Both the position numbers and the translations under genes were made by a program. Positions 12,249 through 25,802 of a stretch of DNA of 64,000 bases are shown one piece after another (the stretch's first letter is position 1; each line of letters starts with the position of its first letter). A model generated the notes under the pieces. That model was not told where the DNA came from. It searched no databases and was given only the letters and a program-made list of their open reading frames with translations. The stretch lies in the NCBI RefSeq assembly GCF_009914755.1, contig NC_060937.1. One strand, 5' to 3'. The stretch comes from the human T2T-CHM13v2.0 reference genome, Homo sapiens.

Positions 12249-15200
12249 GCCCACCCTTTGTCAACTTGAATTCATGCATCTCCTGCGATCATACATAATC
12301 TTCAAATAAAGACAAAAATAAGGTCATAATTATGCCTAACATAATATAGCTATCCTTTGTACAACTGGAAATGCACCAATCCCCAACCCAAATACTATTA
12401 CATAAAGTTAATACTTAAATGCTGATATGAAGTCAATAAATATGTCACATAAAAGAAAAAAGGAAATAAAATGAAGATATTTTCTTAGTACAAGTATATA
12501 CATTCACAAACATGTTTTTAACAAAAGGAGGAAAAACTCATGACAATTACAGTCCTTGTTTCTGCAGCTGGTCAAGTGGTCATAGCTAGCATTGATGACT
12601 ACCTTCTTCTACTACTCTTTCTGTATTCCCTTTGCCTTCAGCAAGCACCTCAGCAGATCATGGTTTTTTCCTGGTGGAATGATCCAAACCTTCATTCCTG
12701 AACTGTCTGGGTCATTTGTAGTCCTGCCTGGATTGGGCTGTTGCAGTTTCCCATTGACCTTAATCACAGGGCATGGTAATACTAAGAGATGCCCTAAGAG
12801 ATCTACTGTATTACATGCATCCTCTTCCTTACCTCCATTGTGGAGTAGTAGAATGATTTCATCTTGATACTCCAGGTCGATCACCCCAGCCAACACTGTA
12901 ACTCCCATCTTAGCCTATTGACTTAAAGGTAGGAGGAGCCCAAAGCATCCAGGTGGCAATCTTAACTTCTAGCTTAATGAAATCATTGCTGTGTCTCCTG
13001 GTGGCAGTGTTCCTCCCTCTGGAACTAAGACCTCCAGGCCAGCAGAACATAATGTCATGGGAACAGGAAGCAAAAATTTTGCTAGTGGATCACTAGGGGT
13101 GATGGTGAGTGGTGCCACTTCCACTTCTGCCCCCTGATTCCAGGACCCCTGAATCCTGACTATGGGAGAAACAGTTCCATATATTGGACATTGATTCAGA
13201 GCATGCACGGCCTACTGGAGAACTTTGCCCCAGCACTGCAAAGTACTGTCACCTAGTTGGCATTGTAATTGTGACTTCAAAAGGCTATTCCACCATTCTA
13301 TCAATCCAGCTGCTTCAGGATAATAGGGAACATGGTAAAACCAGTGAATTCCATGAGCATAAGCCCACTGCAGCGCTTCTTTACCCATAAAGTGAGTGCC
13401 TTGGTCAGAGGTAATGCTGTGTAGAATACCATGATGGTAGATAAGGCATTCTGTGAGTCTGTGGATGGTAGTCTTGGCAGAAGCACTGCATGCAGGATAG
13501 GCAAACCCAAATCTGGAGTAAGTGTCTATTCCAGTGAGGACAAACCCGTGCCCTTTCCATGATGGAAGAGATGTAATGTAATCAACCTACCACCAGGTAG
13601 CAGGCTGATCACCCCAAGGAATGGTGCCACATCAAGGGTTCACTGTTGGTCTCTGCTGCCAGCAAATTGGGCACTCAGCAGTGGCCATAGCCAGGTCAGC
13701 CTTGATGAGTGGAAGTCAATGTTGCAGAGCCCATGTGTAACCTCCATCCTGGCCACCATGGCCACTTTGTTCATGGGACCATTGGGTGATGACTGGGGTG
13801 GCTGGGGAAAGAGGCTGAGTGGTATCCACAGAATGGGTCATCCTATCCACTTGATTATTAAAATCCTCCTCTACTGAGGTCACCCATTGTGAGCACTCAT
13901 ATGGGATACAAATATCTTCACAGTTTTAGACCATTCAGAGAGGTCCATCCACATACCTTCCCCAAATTTCATCATCAGCTTTCCAATCATGCTTCTTCCA
14001 AGTCCCTGACCATCCAACCAAACCATTGGCCATAGCCCATGAATCAGTATATAATTGTACATCTGGCCATTTCTCCTTCCATGCAAAGTGCACAACCAGG
14101 TGCACTGCTCAAACTTCTGCCCACTGGGAAGATTTCCCTTCACTGCTGTCCTTCAGGGACGTCCTAGAGAGGGGCTGTAGTGCTACAGCTGTCCACTTTC
14201 AGGTGGTACCTGCATATCATGCAGAACCATCTGTGAACCAGGCCCTAGTCTTCTCTTCCTCTGTAAGCTGAATAGGAAACTCCCCATGAGGCCATCAGTG
14301 CAGGTGGGGGAAGAGAAGGCAGGGTGGCAGGAGTGAAGACCATGGGCATTTGAGCCACTTCCTCATGTAACTTACTTGTACCTTCAGAACCTGCTCAAGC
14401 CCAATCACATATATACCACTTCCATTTAATGATGGAATGCTTCTGTGCATGGCCCACTTTATGGCTAGATGAGTTAGAAAGCAACCAGTTCATGATAGGC
14501 AGTTCAGGTCACATGGTGACTTGATGACCCACAGTCAAGCTTTCAGTTTCCACCAAAGACCAGTAACAAACCAAGAGCTATCTCTCAAAAGAAGAGTAGT
14601 TATCTGCAGAAGATGGCAGGGGCTTGCTCCAAAATCCTTGAGGCCTCCACTGTGATTCACCTATGAGGGCCTGCCTAAGGCTCCAAACAGCATCCCTGTC
14701 TGCCACTGATACCTCAAACACCATTGGATCTTCTGGGTCATATGGCCCAAGTGGCAGAGCAACTTGCACAGCAGCCTGGACCTATTGCAGAGCCTTCTCC
14801 TGTTCTGGATCCCATTCAAAACTGGCTGCCTTTTGGGTCATTCGATAAATGGGTGGGAGTAACACACCTAAGTGAGGAATGAGTTGCCTCCAAAATCCAA
14901 ATAGGCCCACTAGGTGTTGTGCCTCTTTCTTGGTTGTAGGAGGGGCCAAATCCAGCAACTTATCCTTCACCTTAGAAGGAAAAGCTCAATAGGCCCCACA
15001 CCGCTGGACCCCTAGAAACTTTACTGAGTTACAAGTTCCCTGAATTTTAGTCAGATTTATTTCCCAACCTCTGGCATGCAAATGTCTCACAATAAGTCCA
15101 GTGTGTTTGCTACTTTTTGCTCACTGGATCTAATCAGCATCATGTCATCAATGGAATGGACCAGTGCAATATCTTGTGGAAGCGAAAGGCAAGCAAGTTC

Positions 15201-17389
15201 TCTTCGAATAAGATTATGACACAAAGCCAGAGAGTTGATATACCCGTGAGGTAGGAAAGTGAAGGTATATTGCTGGCCTTGGCAGCCGAAGGCAAATTGC
15301 TTCTGGTGGACCTTATGGACAGGAATGGAGAAAAAGGCATTTGCCAAGTCAATGGCTGCATACCAGGTACCAGGAGATGTGTTAATTTGCTCAAGCAATG
15401 AAACCACATCTGGTACAGCAGCTACAATTGAAGTCACTTGGTTAAGCTTAGGATAATCCACTGTCATTCTCCAAGATCCATCTGTCTTCTACACAGGCCA
15501 AATGGGAGAGTTGAATAGGAATGTTTTGGGAATCACCACCCCTCCATCTGTCAAGTCCTTGATGGTGGCACTAATCTCTGCAATCCCTTCAAAAATAATG
15601 CAATATTGGTTTTGATTTACTATTTTTCTAGGTAGGGGAAGCTCTAATGGCTTCTATTTGGCCTTTCCCACCACAATAGACCTCACCCTACCAGTCAGGG
15701 AGCCAATGTGGTGGTTCTGCCAGCTGCTAAGTATGTCTATGCCAATTACGTATCTGGCACTGGGGAAATGACCACAGGATGGGTCCGTGGACCCACTGTA
15801 AGTCAGACCTGAGCTAAAACTCCATGAATTACCTGACTTCCATAAGCCCATATTTTAACTGGAGGACCACAATGACATTTTGGGTCCCCTGGAATCAATG
15901 TCAGCTCAGAGCCAGTGTTCAGTAGTCCCCAAAATGTCTGATCATTTCCCTTTCCTCAGTTATCCTGGTCAAAGGCCGGAGGTCTCCTCGGGGAAGGACG
16001 GGAGAAAGATTAACAGCATAAATTGTCGGTGGTATAATGAGATCCTTCCTTAAGGGGAGCCAGCCTCCCCTTCATTCAAGGGCTTCTGGATCTGTAAACT
16101 GGCTCAAGTCTGGAAACTGATTGAGGGGCTGTGATTCTGTTTTGTAATTCAAATTAATCTTTTGTCCATTCGACCTAGAAGTTTTCTGCTGATATAAATT
16201 AAGTAGGAATGCAGTAGGCTTCCTATCAATTTCACTCCTAGGAACAACCTAATTAGCCAATGCCAGAGCTCTATATGAGTCAGATTATTCTGATGGCTGC
16301 TTTGCCTCTGCTGTCCATTACAGTAGCTATGCCCTACTTGCCTTTGACAGTTGAGTGCCACTACTTGGCCCCTGCCACCTCAAGATCCAATTATTTACAC
16401 TGTATTTAAATTTTGTAGTGGAGTGACTGTGGTTCCCACTGTTGTATCTGACATACAAAGAAAAGAAGAGCAATTACAGGGTCCTTCAAAGATGCAGGTG
16501 CTACCCTCACAAATCTATTTCACAAGGCATTGGTCAAGGGTATACCTTCAGGACCCTCCCAGCTGGGATGAGTAAGTCTAAAGTGACTAATCCACTCCAC
16601 CATCCCAATCTCCCTAAGCCTTTGGACCCCCTCCTCTATCTAAACCATGGAAGATCAGGCATTTCCAGCTCATTCACAGTGAGCCATCTTTTAATCCATG
16701 TTTCATCTAACCAAGCAAATAAGCTATTAGAACCTTTTTTAACTCCACGAGCTGCAACATAAAATGCAGAGTTCCTACTTATGGGCCCAAATCAATAAAT
16801 TCAGCCTAATCCAACTCCATGTTCCTTCCACCATTATCCCACACCCTTAATATCCACTCCCATGCCTGTTCTTCAGATTTCTGCTTATATAAATAAATTC
16901 AAGCAGTTCTTTTCAAGTGTAGCACACCTCCTCAAGGGTCACACTCTCAACCTCACCTCTAGGGGCCCACCCAGACTTTAGTCTAGTTATAGGTCTAGAA
17001 GCAAACAGGGGTGTTGGGGGTGGCTCTTGAGGAGAATCAACATTATCTTGCCTGGCAACTGCCTCAAAGGAGGTCATCACAGTTGCCTCAGGCAACACAG
17101 GGTTTATGTCCTCAGGCAAAGGTGAAAAAGCTGATGGCAGCATGGGTCGGGGAGGGGATGTTGCCACTACTGGGCATGGGGAAGCTGTTTCTTCTGACAA
17201 AAAGGGTTTATCACAGTTTATGAACTCAGTGTCCCCAGTTTTATCAGGGTCCTCCCACATGTCCCCATTCCAAGTTGCAGGGTCCCATTCTTTTCCAGTC
17301 AATGTCCTCACTTTAACAGTAGACACCTGGCAAGGCTGTGCATGCACCTTTCATTGCATGTCAGCCATTCCCATGATAAAAGCTTGTGT
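12249..17389 (-). mobile_element. HERV-L internal region (decayed gag-pro-pol-dUTPase, no env)
   Basis: ORF fragments: gag-like 16913..17347; protease-like GLLNTGSEL near 15900-15930; RT 15087..15467 (VDYPKLNQ...[17 protein letters not shown]) and 14782..14970; connection/RNase H 14578..14769; dUTPase 12612..13208 (SAGLEVLVP, GVTVLAGVID). Many stops and frameshifts. Confidence 0.92.
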
Positions 17390-20300
17390 GGGGATCTGGC
17401 AAGATGGCCAAATAGAAACAGCTCCAGTCTGCAGATCCCAGTGAGACCAACACCAAAGATGGATGATTTCTGCATTTCCAATTGAGGTACCCTGTCCATT
17501 GCAGGGTAGGGCATCACCTCACCCGGGAAGTGCAAGGGGCCAGGGACCTCCATCCCCTAGCTAAGGGAAGCTATGAGACATTGTACCATCCAGCCCAGAT
17601 ACTACGCTTTTCCCATGGTTTTTGCAATCTGCAGACCAGGAGATTCCCTCGTGCGCCTACATGACCAGGGCCCTGGGTTTCAAGCACAAAACAGCACAAC
17701 TGTTTGGGCAGACACCAAGCTGGCTGCAGGAGTCTTTTTTCATACCCCAGTAGCACCTGGAACCCCAGCAAGACAGAACTGTTCACTCCCCTGGAAAGGG
17801 GGCAGAAGACAGGAAGTCAAGTGGTCTTGCTCAGTGGGTCCCACTCCCACGGAGCCCAGCAAGCTAAGAACCACTGGCTTGAAATTTTTGCTGCCAGCAC
17901 AGCAGTCTGAAGTCGACCTGGGGTGATTGAGCTTGGTGGGGGAGGGGCATCTGCCATTACTGAGGCTTGAGTAGGTGATTTTCCCCTCACAGCATTAAGG
18001 AAGCCACCTGGAAGTTCGGACTGGGCAAACTCACCATAGTGCGGCAAAGCAGCTGTGGTCAGATTGTCTCTCTAGAGTCCTCCTCACTGGGCAGGGCATC
18101 TCTGAAAGAAAGGCAGCAGCCCCAGTCAGGGACTTATAGATAAAATTCCCATCTCCCTGGGACAGAGCACTTAGGGGAAGGGGCGGCAGTGGGCACAGCT
18201 TCAGCAGACTTAAATGTTCCTGCCTGCCAGCTCTGAAGAGAGCAGTGGATCTCCGAGCATAGCACTCAAGCTCTGCTAAGGGACAGACTGCCTCATCAAG
18301 TGAGTCCCTGACCCCTGTGCCTCCTGACTGAAAAACACCTTCCAGCAGGGGTCAACAGACACCTCATACAGAAGAGCTCCAGCTGGCATCGGGCAGGTGC
18401 CCCTCTGGAAGGAAGCTTCCAGAGGAAGGAGCAGGCAGCAATCTTTGCTGTTCTACAGCCTCCGCTGGTGATACACAGGAAAATAGGGTCTGGAGTGGAC
18501 CTACAGCAAACTCCAGCAGACCTGCAGAAGAGGGGCCTGACTGTTAGAAGGAAAACTAACAAACAGAAAGCAATAACAACAAAAAGAACACCCACACAAA
18601 AAACTCATTCAAAGGTCATCAGCGTCAAAGATCAAAGGTAGATAAATCCATGAAGATGAGGCTAAAACAGTGCAAAACTGCTGAAAATTCCAAAACCCAG
18701 AATGCATCTTCTCCTCTAAAGGATCACAACTCCTCTCCAGCAAGGACACAAAACTGGACAGAGAATGAGTTTGACGAACTGACAGAAGTAGGCTTCAGAA
18801 GGTGGGTAATAACAAACTCCTCTGAGCTAAAGGAGCATGTTCTAACCCAATGCAAGGAAGCTAAGAGCCTTGATAAAAGGTTACAGGAACTGCTAACTAG
18901 AATGACCAGTTTACAGAAGAACATAAATGACCTGATGGAGCTGAAAAACACAGCACAAGAACTCTGTGAAGCATACACAGGTAGCTGAATGGATCAAGCA
19001 GAAGAAAGGATATCAGAGATTGAAAATCAACTTAATGAAATAAAGCATGAAAACAAGATTAAAGAAAAAATAATGAAAAGGAATAAACAAAGCCTCCAAG
19101 AAATATGGGACTATGCAAAAAGACCAAACCTATGATTAATTGGTGTACCTGAAAGTGATAGGGAGAATGGAACCAAGTTGGAAAACACACTTCAGGATAT
19201 GATCCAGAAGAACTTCCCCAACCTAGCAACACAGGTCAACATTCAAAATCAGGAAATACAGAGACCACCACTAAGACACTCCTTGAGAAGAGCAACCCCA
19301 AGACACATAATCACCCGATTCTCCAAGACTGAAATTAAGGAAAAAAAATGTTAAGGGCAGCCAGAGAGAAAGATCAGGTTACCTACAAAGGGAAGCCCAT
19401 CAGACTAACAGCAGATCTTTCTGCAAAAACTGTACGAGCCAGAAGAAGAGTGGGGGCCAATATTCAACATTCTTAAAGAAAAGAATTTTCAACCCAGAAT
19501 TTCGTATCTAGCCAAACTAAGCTTCATAAGTGAAGGAGAAATAAAATCCTTTACAGACAAGCAAATGCTGAGGGATTTTGTCACCACCAGGCCTGCCCTA
19601 AAAGAGCTCCTGAAGGAAGCACTAAACGTGGAAAGGAACAACTGGTACCAGCCACTGCAAAAACATGCCAAAATATAAAGACCACACTATGAAGAAACTG
19701 CATCAACTAATGTGCAAAATAACCAGCTAGCATCATGATGACAGGATCAAATTCACACATAACAATATTAACCTTAAATGTAAATGGCCTAATGCCCCAA
19801 TTAAAAGACAAAGACTGGCAAATTGGATAAAGAGTCGAGACCCATCAGTGTACTGTATTCAGGAGACCCATCTCATGTGCAGACACACATAGACTCAAAA
19901 TAAAGGGATGGAAGAATATTTACCAAGCAAATGGAAAGCACAAAAAAGCAGGGGTTGCAATCCTAGTCTCTGATAAAACAGACTTTAAACCAACAGAGAT
20001 CAAAAAAGACAAAGAAGGGCATTATATAATGGTAAAAAGATGAATGCAACAGGAACAGCTAACTATCCTAAATATATATGCACCCAATACAGGAGCACCC
20101 AGATTCATAAAGCAAGTTCCTAGAGACCTACAAAGAGACTTAGACTCCCACACAAGAATAGTGGGAGACTTTAACACCCCACTGTCAATATTAGACAGAT
20201 CAACGAGACAGAAGATTAACAAGGATACTCAGTACTTGAACTCAGCTCTGGACCAAGTGGACCTAATAGACATCTACAGAACTGTCCACCCCAAATCAAC

Positions 20301-20408
20301 AGAATATACATTCTTCTCAGCACCACATAGCACTTATTCTAAAATTGACCACGTATTTGGAAGTAAAACACTCCTCAGCAAATGCAAAAGAATGAAAATC
20401 ATAACAGT
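17390..20408 (+). mobile_element. L1PA (about L1PA8-age): 5'UTR, ORF1 and start of ORF2; 3' half missing
   Basis: 5' start 'ggcaagatggccaaatagaaacagctcc'; ORF1 fragment 18650..18988; EN fragment 20044..20433 (IYAPNTGAPRF, GDFNTPL); left target site aaaagcttgtgt in HERV-L gag. Confidence 0.92.
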
Positions 20409-20662
20409 CATCTGGCACAGGAGAAATATGTAGGCTGGGAGACTAGGCCAGTCTCTCTTTTCACATTTTTCTGCCTGCTTATATTCTAGCTGTGCTGGCA
20501 GCTGATTAGATTGTGCCCACCCAGATTAAGGATGGGTCTGCCTTTCCCAGCCCACTGACTCAAATGTTAATCTCCTTTGGCAACACCCTCACAGACACAC
20601 CCAGGATCAATACTTTGCATCCTTCAATCCAATCAAGTTTTCACACAGTATCAACCATCACA
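20409..20662 (-). mobile_element. Truncated MLT2A 5' LTR (U3 part retained)
   Basis: Homologous to 11994-12248; ends aaccatcaca followed by TSD accag. Confidence 0.9.
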
Positions 20663-20696
20663 ACCAGAGATCAGCAGATCTTTTCTGTATGGCCCC

Positions 20697-20905
20697 TGTC
20701 TTAGTTCAAGTTCAGCCTGCTATAACAAAAATACTGTAGACTGGGTGGCTTAAATAACAGAAATTTATTTCTCACAGTTCTAGGGGCTGGAAAGTCCAGC
20801 ATCAAGGTACCAGTTGATTTCTGGTGAGGGCTCTGTTCTTGGTTTGCAGATCTTGGTTTGCAGATGGATCATTCTTGCCGTATACTCACATGGCAAGAAA
20901 GAAAT
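20697..20905 (-). mobile_element. MLT1A/B-like LTR fragment
   Basis: 'tgtcttagtt...gctataacaaaaatac...agactgggtggcttaaataacagaaatttatttctcacagttct'. Confidence 0.8.
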
Positions 20906-23607
20906 CATCTGTCTTATCTCTAGACTCGAGTTTGCAGGTCAGAGTTTAAAGAGAACTAAAAGAACACTCGCTACTGCTCTGGTCAAGCCTAACAAATCTT
21001 AAGAAGTAAACCCCAAAAGAACAAACTAATTAGTAGTTAATTTCTGAATTAATTAACTACTCCAAAGAATGGAAAAGACATTATCACAGGTATAATACTG
21101 TATTCCATATGCTCAAAAATGAAGTACAAAAATGGAAGTTTTTTTTTTTAATTAAAATATGTTCTCTGACCACAACAGAATCAAATTAGAATTCAGTAAC
21201 AAAATGATCTCTGGAAACTTGCCAAATATTTGGAAACTAACACACTTCTAAATAACCAATGGACAAATGAAAAAAAGCGGGGCGGGGGGGGGAATTAGAT
21301 AGTATTTTGAACTAAAGAAAAATAAAAACACAATATATTAAATAATTTGGGATACTGCTAAAGTAGTATTGAGAGGGAAATTTATAATACTGAATGCCTC
21401 TGTTAAAAAAAATGAGAGATCTCAATGAGAGAGCCTAGTTTTGACCATAAACAGAAAAGGAAGACAAAATTAAATGTAATGTAAGCAAAATAAAGGAAAT
21501 AATAAACAACAAAGAAACGAAAATCAATATAAAAGCCATTAAAACAAAAAATAGAGGAAATTATTGAAACCAAAAGCTAATTCTCTGGGAAGATACGTAA
21601 AATTGTTAAACCTCTAGTTAGACTAGTAAGGAAAAAAAAAAAAAAAAAAAAACGAAAAGAGACACAAATTACCAGTATCAGGAATGAGGGAAGTGACTTT
21701 GTTGCAGTCTACAAATATTGAAAAGAAAATAACAAAATATTTTGAGCTGTCTTCTGCTAATAATGTGAGCAATGTAGATACAAACAAAACATACCTTGAA
21801 AGAGACAAAATCCCAAAGCTCATACAAGAATAGATGGCCTAAATAGTTACATATCTTTTAAAGAAACTACCTTGATAGTTAACTTCATACACACATGCAC
21901 ATACACACACACAAAACTTCTGGGATAAATTATTTTACTGATGAATCCATCCAAACATTTAACGAAATAATGCCAACTTTGAAGATACTTTTCTAGAACA
22001 TTGGAGAGAAAGAATAGTTCTCAATGCATTCTATAAATCCAGCATTACCCTGTCACCAAAACCAGACAAAGCCATTACAATAAAGTAAATCTACAAACCA
22101 ATATTCCTCATGAACATAGATGCAGAAACTCTAGACAAAATTTTTGTAGATAAAATCTGACAATATACAGAAAAGATAATAAATACTAGTCAAACTGAGT
22201 TTTTCCTAGGAATGCAAGTTTCGTTTAACATTTGAAAATTAATGAATGTACATCATCATATTAATCTAAAAAAGAAAAGCAACGTAATCTTCTCCATAAA
22301 TGCAGAACAACTACATAACAAAATTCAATATCCATTCCTGGTTTTAGAAAAACTCAAAAAACTAGGAATAGAAAGAAACTTTCTGAATCTGCTAAAAGGC
22401 ATTTAGGAAAAAAACCTACAAGTAGCATCTTACTAAGCAGTAAAAGATTGAATGTGTTCCCCCAACAATCAGGAACAAAAGGAAAATGCCTGCTCTCCCC
22501 AGTCCTATTCGAGATTTAACTAGGGTTTCTTTTCACTGCAATAAGACAAGGTAAAGCCATTTAAAGCATCTGCATCAGAAAGGAAGAAGTAAAACTATTT
22601 TTATACACAGACTATCATTTATAAAGAAAATCAAATGGTATGTATAAAAAAGCTACTAAAACTATTAAGTGGTCATAGTGAGCTTAGCAAAAATCACAGA
22701 ATACAAGATCAGTATACAAAAATAAATTATATTTCCAAATCCTAGCAGAAAGAAAATTGGAGATGTAAAATATAAGACCATACTATTTATGATAACATCA
22801 GAATATAAAATATTTTGAGGTACATCTGAGAAAAGATGTGCAAGATCTATACACTGAAAACTACAATAAATCACTGAAGGAATAAAATAATTGACACTTT
22901 ATCAAAAAAGATTTACAGATGACAAGCACTTGATGCCTGACATCATTAGTCACTAGAAAAATGCAATTTAAATGGCAAGGAGATACACTTATGAGAATGG
23001 CTAAAATGAAAAAGTTGGCCTAACCAAGTATTATCAAGGATGTGGAGCAAGTAGAATTCTCATGCACTGCTGATGGGGATGTAAAATGATATAACCATTC
23101 TGGAAAGTTATTTGGTAGTTGCTTGTAAGTTAAACAGACACATAGCACAGGATTCAGATACCCCACTGTTAGATATTTACCTATGAAGAATGAAATCAGA
23201 CACCCACACAAAGACTTGTAAACAAATGTTCATAGCTGCTTTACTTGTAATAGCCAAACACTGGGAATAACCCAAGTGTCTATTAACATAATGGTAAAGT
23301 AAATTGTGACATATCCACACAGCAGAATACTATGCAGAAATCAAGAGGAATGAGTCATTAATACACACAACATGGATGAACCTCAAAATAATTATCCTGA
23401 AAGAAGCCAGGCAAAAATGAGTTCATTTAAATGAATATGATTTCATAAATATAAAACTTTAGAAGAGGAAAATCAATGAATAGTAATAGAAATTAAATGA
23501 GCAGTGCCTGGAGAGTATGAAAGGGGACATGCAAAATTTTGGGCATGATGGATATGTTCACTTCCTTGACTGTGGTGCTAGATATATCTGTATCAAAGCT
23601 TACATAT

Positions 23608-23928
23608 GGCCAGGCACAGCGGTTCACGCCTGTAATCCCAGCACTCTGGGAGGCCAAGGCAGGCAGATCATGAGGTCAGGAGTTTGAGACCAGTCTGACC
23701 AACATGGTGAAGCCCCATCGCTACTGAAAATACAAAAATTAGTCAGGCATGGTGGCACATGCCTGTAATCCCAGCTACTCAGGAGGCTGAGGCAGGAGAA
23801 TAGCTTGAACCCAGGAGGCAGAGGTTGCTGTCAGCTGAGATCACGCCACTGCACTCCAGCCTGGGCAACAGAGCAAGACTGTCTCAAAAACAAAAACAAA
23901 AACAAAAAAACCACAACAACAACAACAC
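23608..23928 (+). mobile_element. AluS (Sg-like)
   Basis: Full Alu, (A)nC-patterned tail; TSD aaagcttacatat / aacgcttatatat. Confidence 0.92.
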
Positions 23929-24242
23929 AACGCTTATATATATGGTTATATATACACACTATACACACATACAGCTTATAGATATAGTTGACCCTTGAAC
24001 AACATGGGTTTGAACTGCACAGGTCCAATTACACATGGATTTTTTTTTCAATAAATATATTGGAAAAATTTGGGAAACATTTTCACAATTTAAAAAACTC
24101 ATAAATGAGCCACTAGAAATATTGAAAAAAATTAAGAAAAAGTCAGGTGTCTTATTAATGCATAAAATATACGTAGATACTAGTCTATTTGATCATTTGC
24201 TACCATAAAATATACGCAAATCTATTACAGAAAGTTAAAACT

Positions 24243-24848
24243 TTCTGGGCACAGTGGCTCGCTTCTGCAATCCCAGCACTTTGGGAGGCCGAGGGAGGTG
24301 GATCTCTTGAGCCCAGGAGTTTGAAACCAGCCTGGACTACATGGTAAGACTTCATCTCTACAAAAAATACAAAAATTGGCTGGGCATGGTGGCTCACACC
24401 TGTAATCCTAGCACTTTGGGAGGCCAAGGCGGGCCGATCATGAGGTCGGGAGATCAAGACCATCCTGGCTAACACGGTGAAACCCTATCTCTATTAAAAA
24501 TACAAGAAATTAGCCGGGTGTGGTGGCGGGTGCCTGTAGTCCCAGCTACTCAGGAGGCTGAGGCAGGAGAATGCCATGAATGCAGTAGGCAGAGCTTGCA
24601 GTGAGCTGAGATTGGGAGCCACTGCACACCAGCCTGGGCAACAGAGCAAGACTCCGTCTCAAAAAAAAAAAAAAAAAAAAAAAAATTAGCCAGGCATGGT
24701 GGCACACACCTGTAGAAACTACTCAGAAGGCTGAGGTGGGAGAATCACTTGAGCCCTGGAGGCAGAGGTTTCTATGAGCCAAGACTGCACCACTGCACTC
24801 CACCCTGGGAAACAGAGCAAAACATTATATCAAAAAAAAAAAAAAAAA
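24243..24848 (+). mobile_element. AluJ with an AluY inserted in its A-rich linker (AluY ~24378-24685)
   Basis: J-type left arm (cttgagcccaggagttt), complete Y-type Alu (gagatcaagaccatcctggctaacacgg), then J right arm; outer TSD aaagttaaaa on both sides. Confidence 0.88.
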
Positions 24849-25460
24849 GTTAAAATTTACAAAAACTTTCATACACAAACACAAACCATACATGGCATCA
24901 TTTGCAGTTGAGAAAAATGTAAACAAATGTAAAGATGCAGTATTAAATCATACTGCATAAAATTAACTATAGTACATACTATACTACTGTAATAATTTCA
25001 CAGACACCTCCTGTTGCTATTGTGGTGAGCTCAAGTGTTTTGAGTATCCACTTAAAATGCCATGTAATGCGAATCATCTCCACATGAGCTGTGCTCTTTC
25101 CAGTAAATTGTGTATCACAATAAAAAGGGATCTCACACGGTTCTTGTGTATTTTTCATTGTGTTTAATGCAATCATGTAAACCTTAAATAACACCATGGG
25201 ACCCATACAAAGTACCACCAGTGACACCAAAGGTGCTCCCAAGAAGCAGAGAAAAGTCATGACACTGCAAGAAAAAGTTGAATTGCTGGATACATACCAT
25301 AGATAGAGGTTTGCAGCTGCAGTTGCCCAACATTTCAGACAGATGACTCATCTTGTAAACATACAACATAAATTTGCAGTATCAGTAAATGCAGTATGAT
25401 GCCATAAATGTGCTTTCTCATCCCTATGATTTTCTTAGCAACATTTTCTGTTCTGTAGCT

Positions 25461-25802
25461 CAGTGGTCCCCAACCTTTTTGGCACTAGGGACTGGTTTCA
25501 TGGAAGACAATTTTCCACAGACAGAAGCATTAGGGCAGCAAGGAGGATGAGGGTATGGGGGAATGGGGATGATTTCCACATTAAACTATTCCACCTCAGA
25601 TCATCAGGCATTAGATTCTCATAAGGAGCATGCAACCTAGATCCCTCGCATGTGCAGTTCACAGTAGGGTTCATGCTCCTATGAGAATTTAATGCTGCCA
25701 CCAATCCAACAGGAGGCAGAGCTCAGGGAGTAATGCTCTCCCAATACTCACCTTCCGCTGTGCAGCCCACTTCCTAACAGGCCCCAGAGTTGGGGACCCC
25801 TG
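25461..25802 (+). mobile_element. MER1B (hAT-Charlie MITE)
   Basis: TIRs cagtggtccccaacc ... gttggggacccctg; perfect 8-bp TSD ctgtagct. Confidence 0.9.

Noticed and set aside
20408-21200. Old L1 at ~21160 resumes ORF2 close to where the L1PA stops at 20408
   Set aside because: The downstream L1 is far more diverged (L1M type) and lies outside the proviral TSD, so these are different elements and the register match is probably coincidental.
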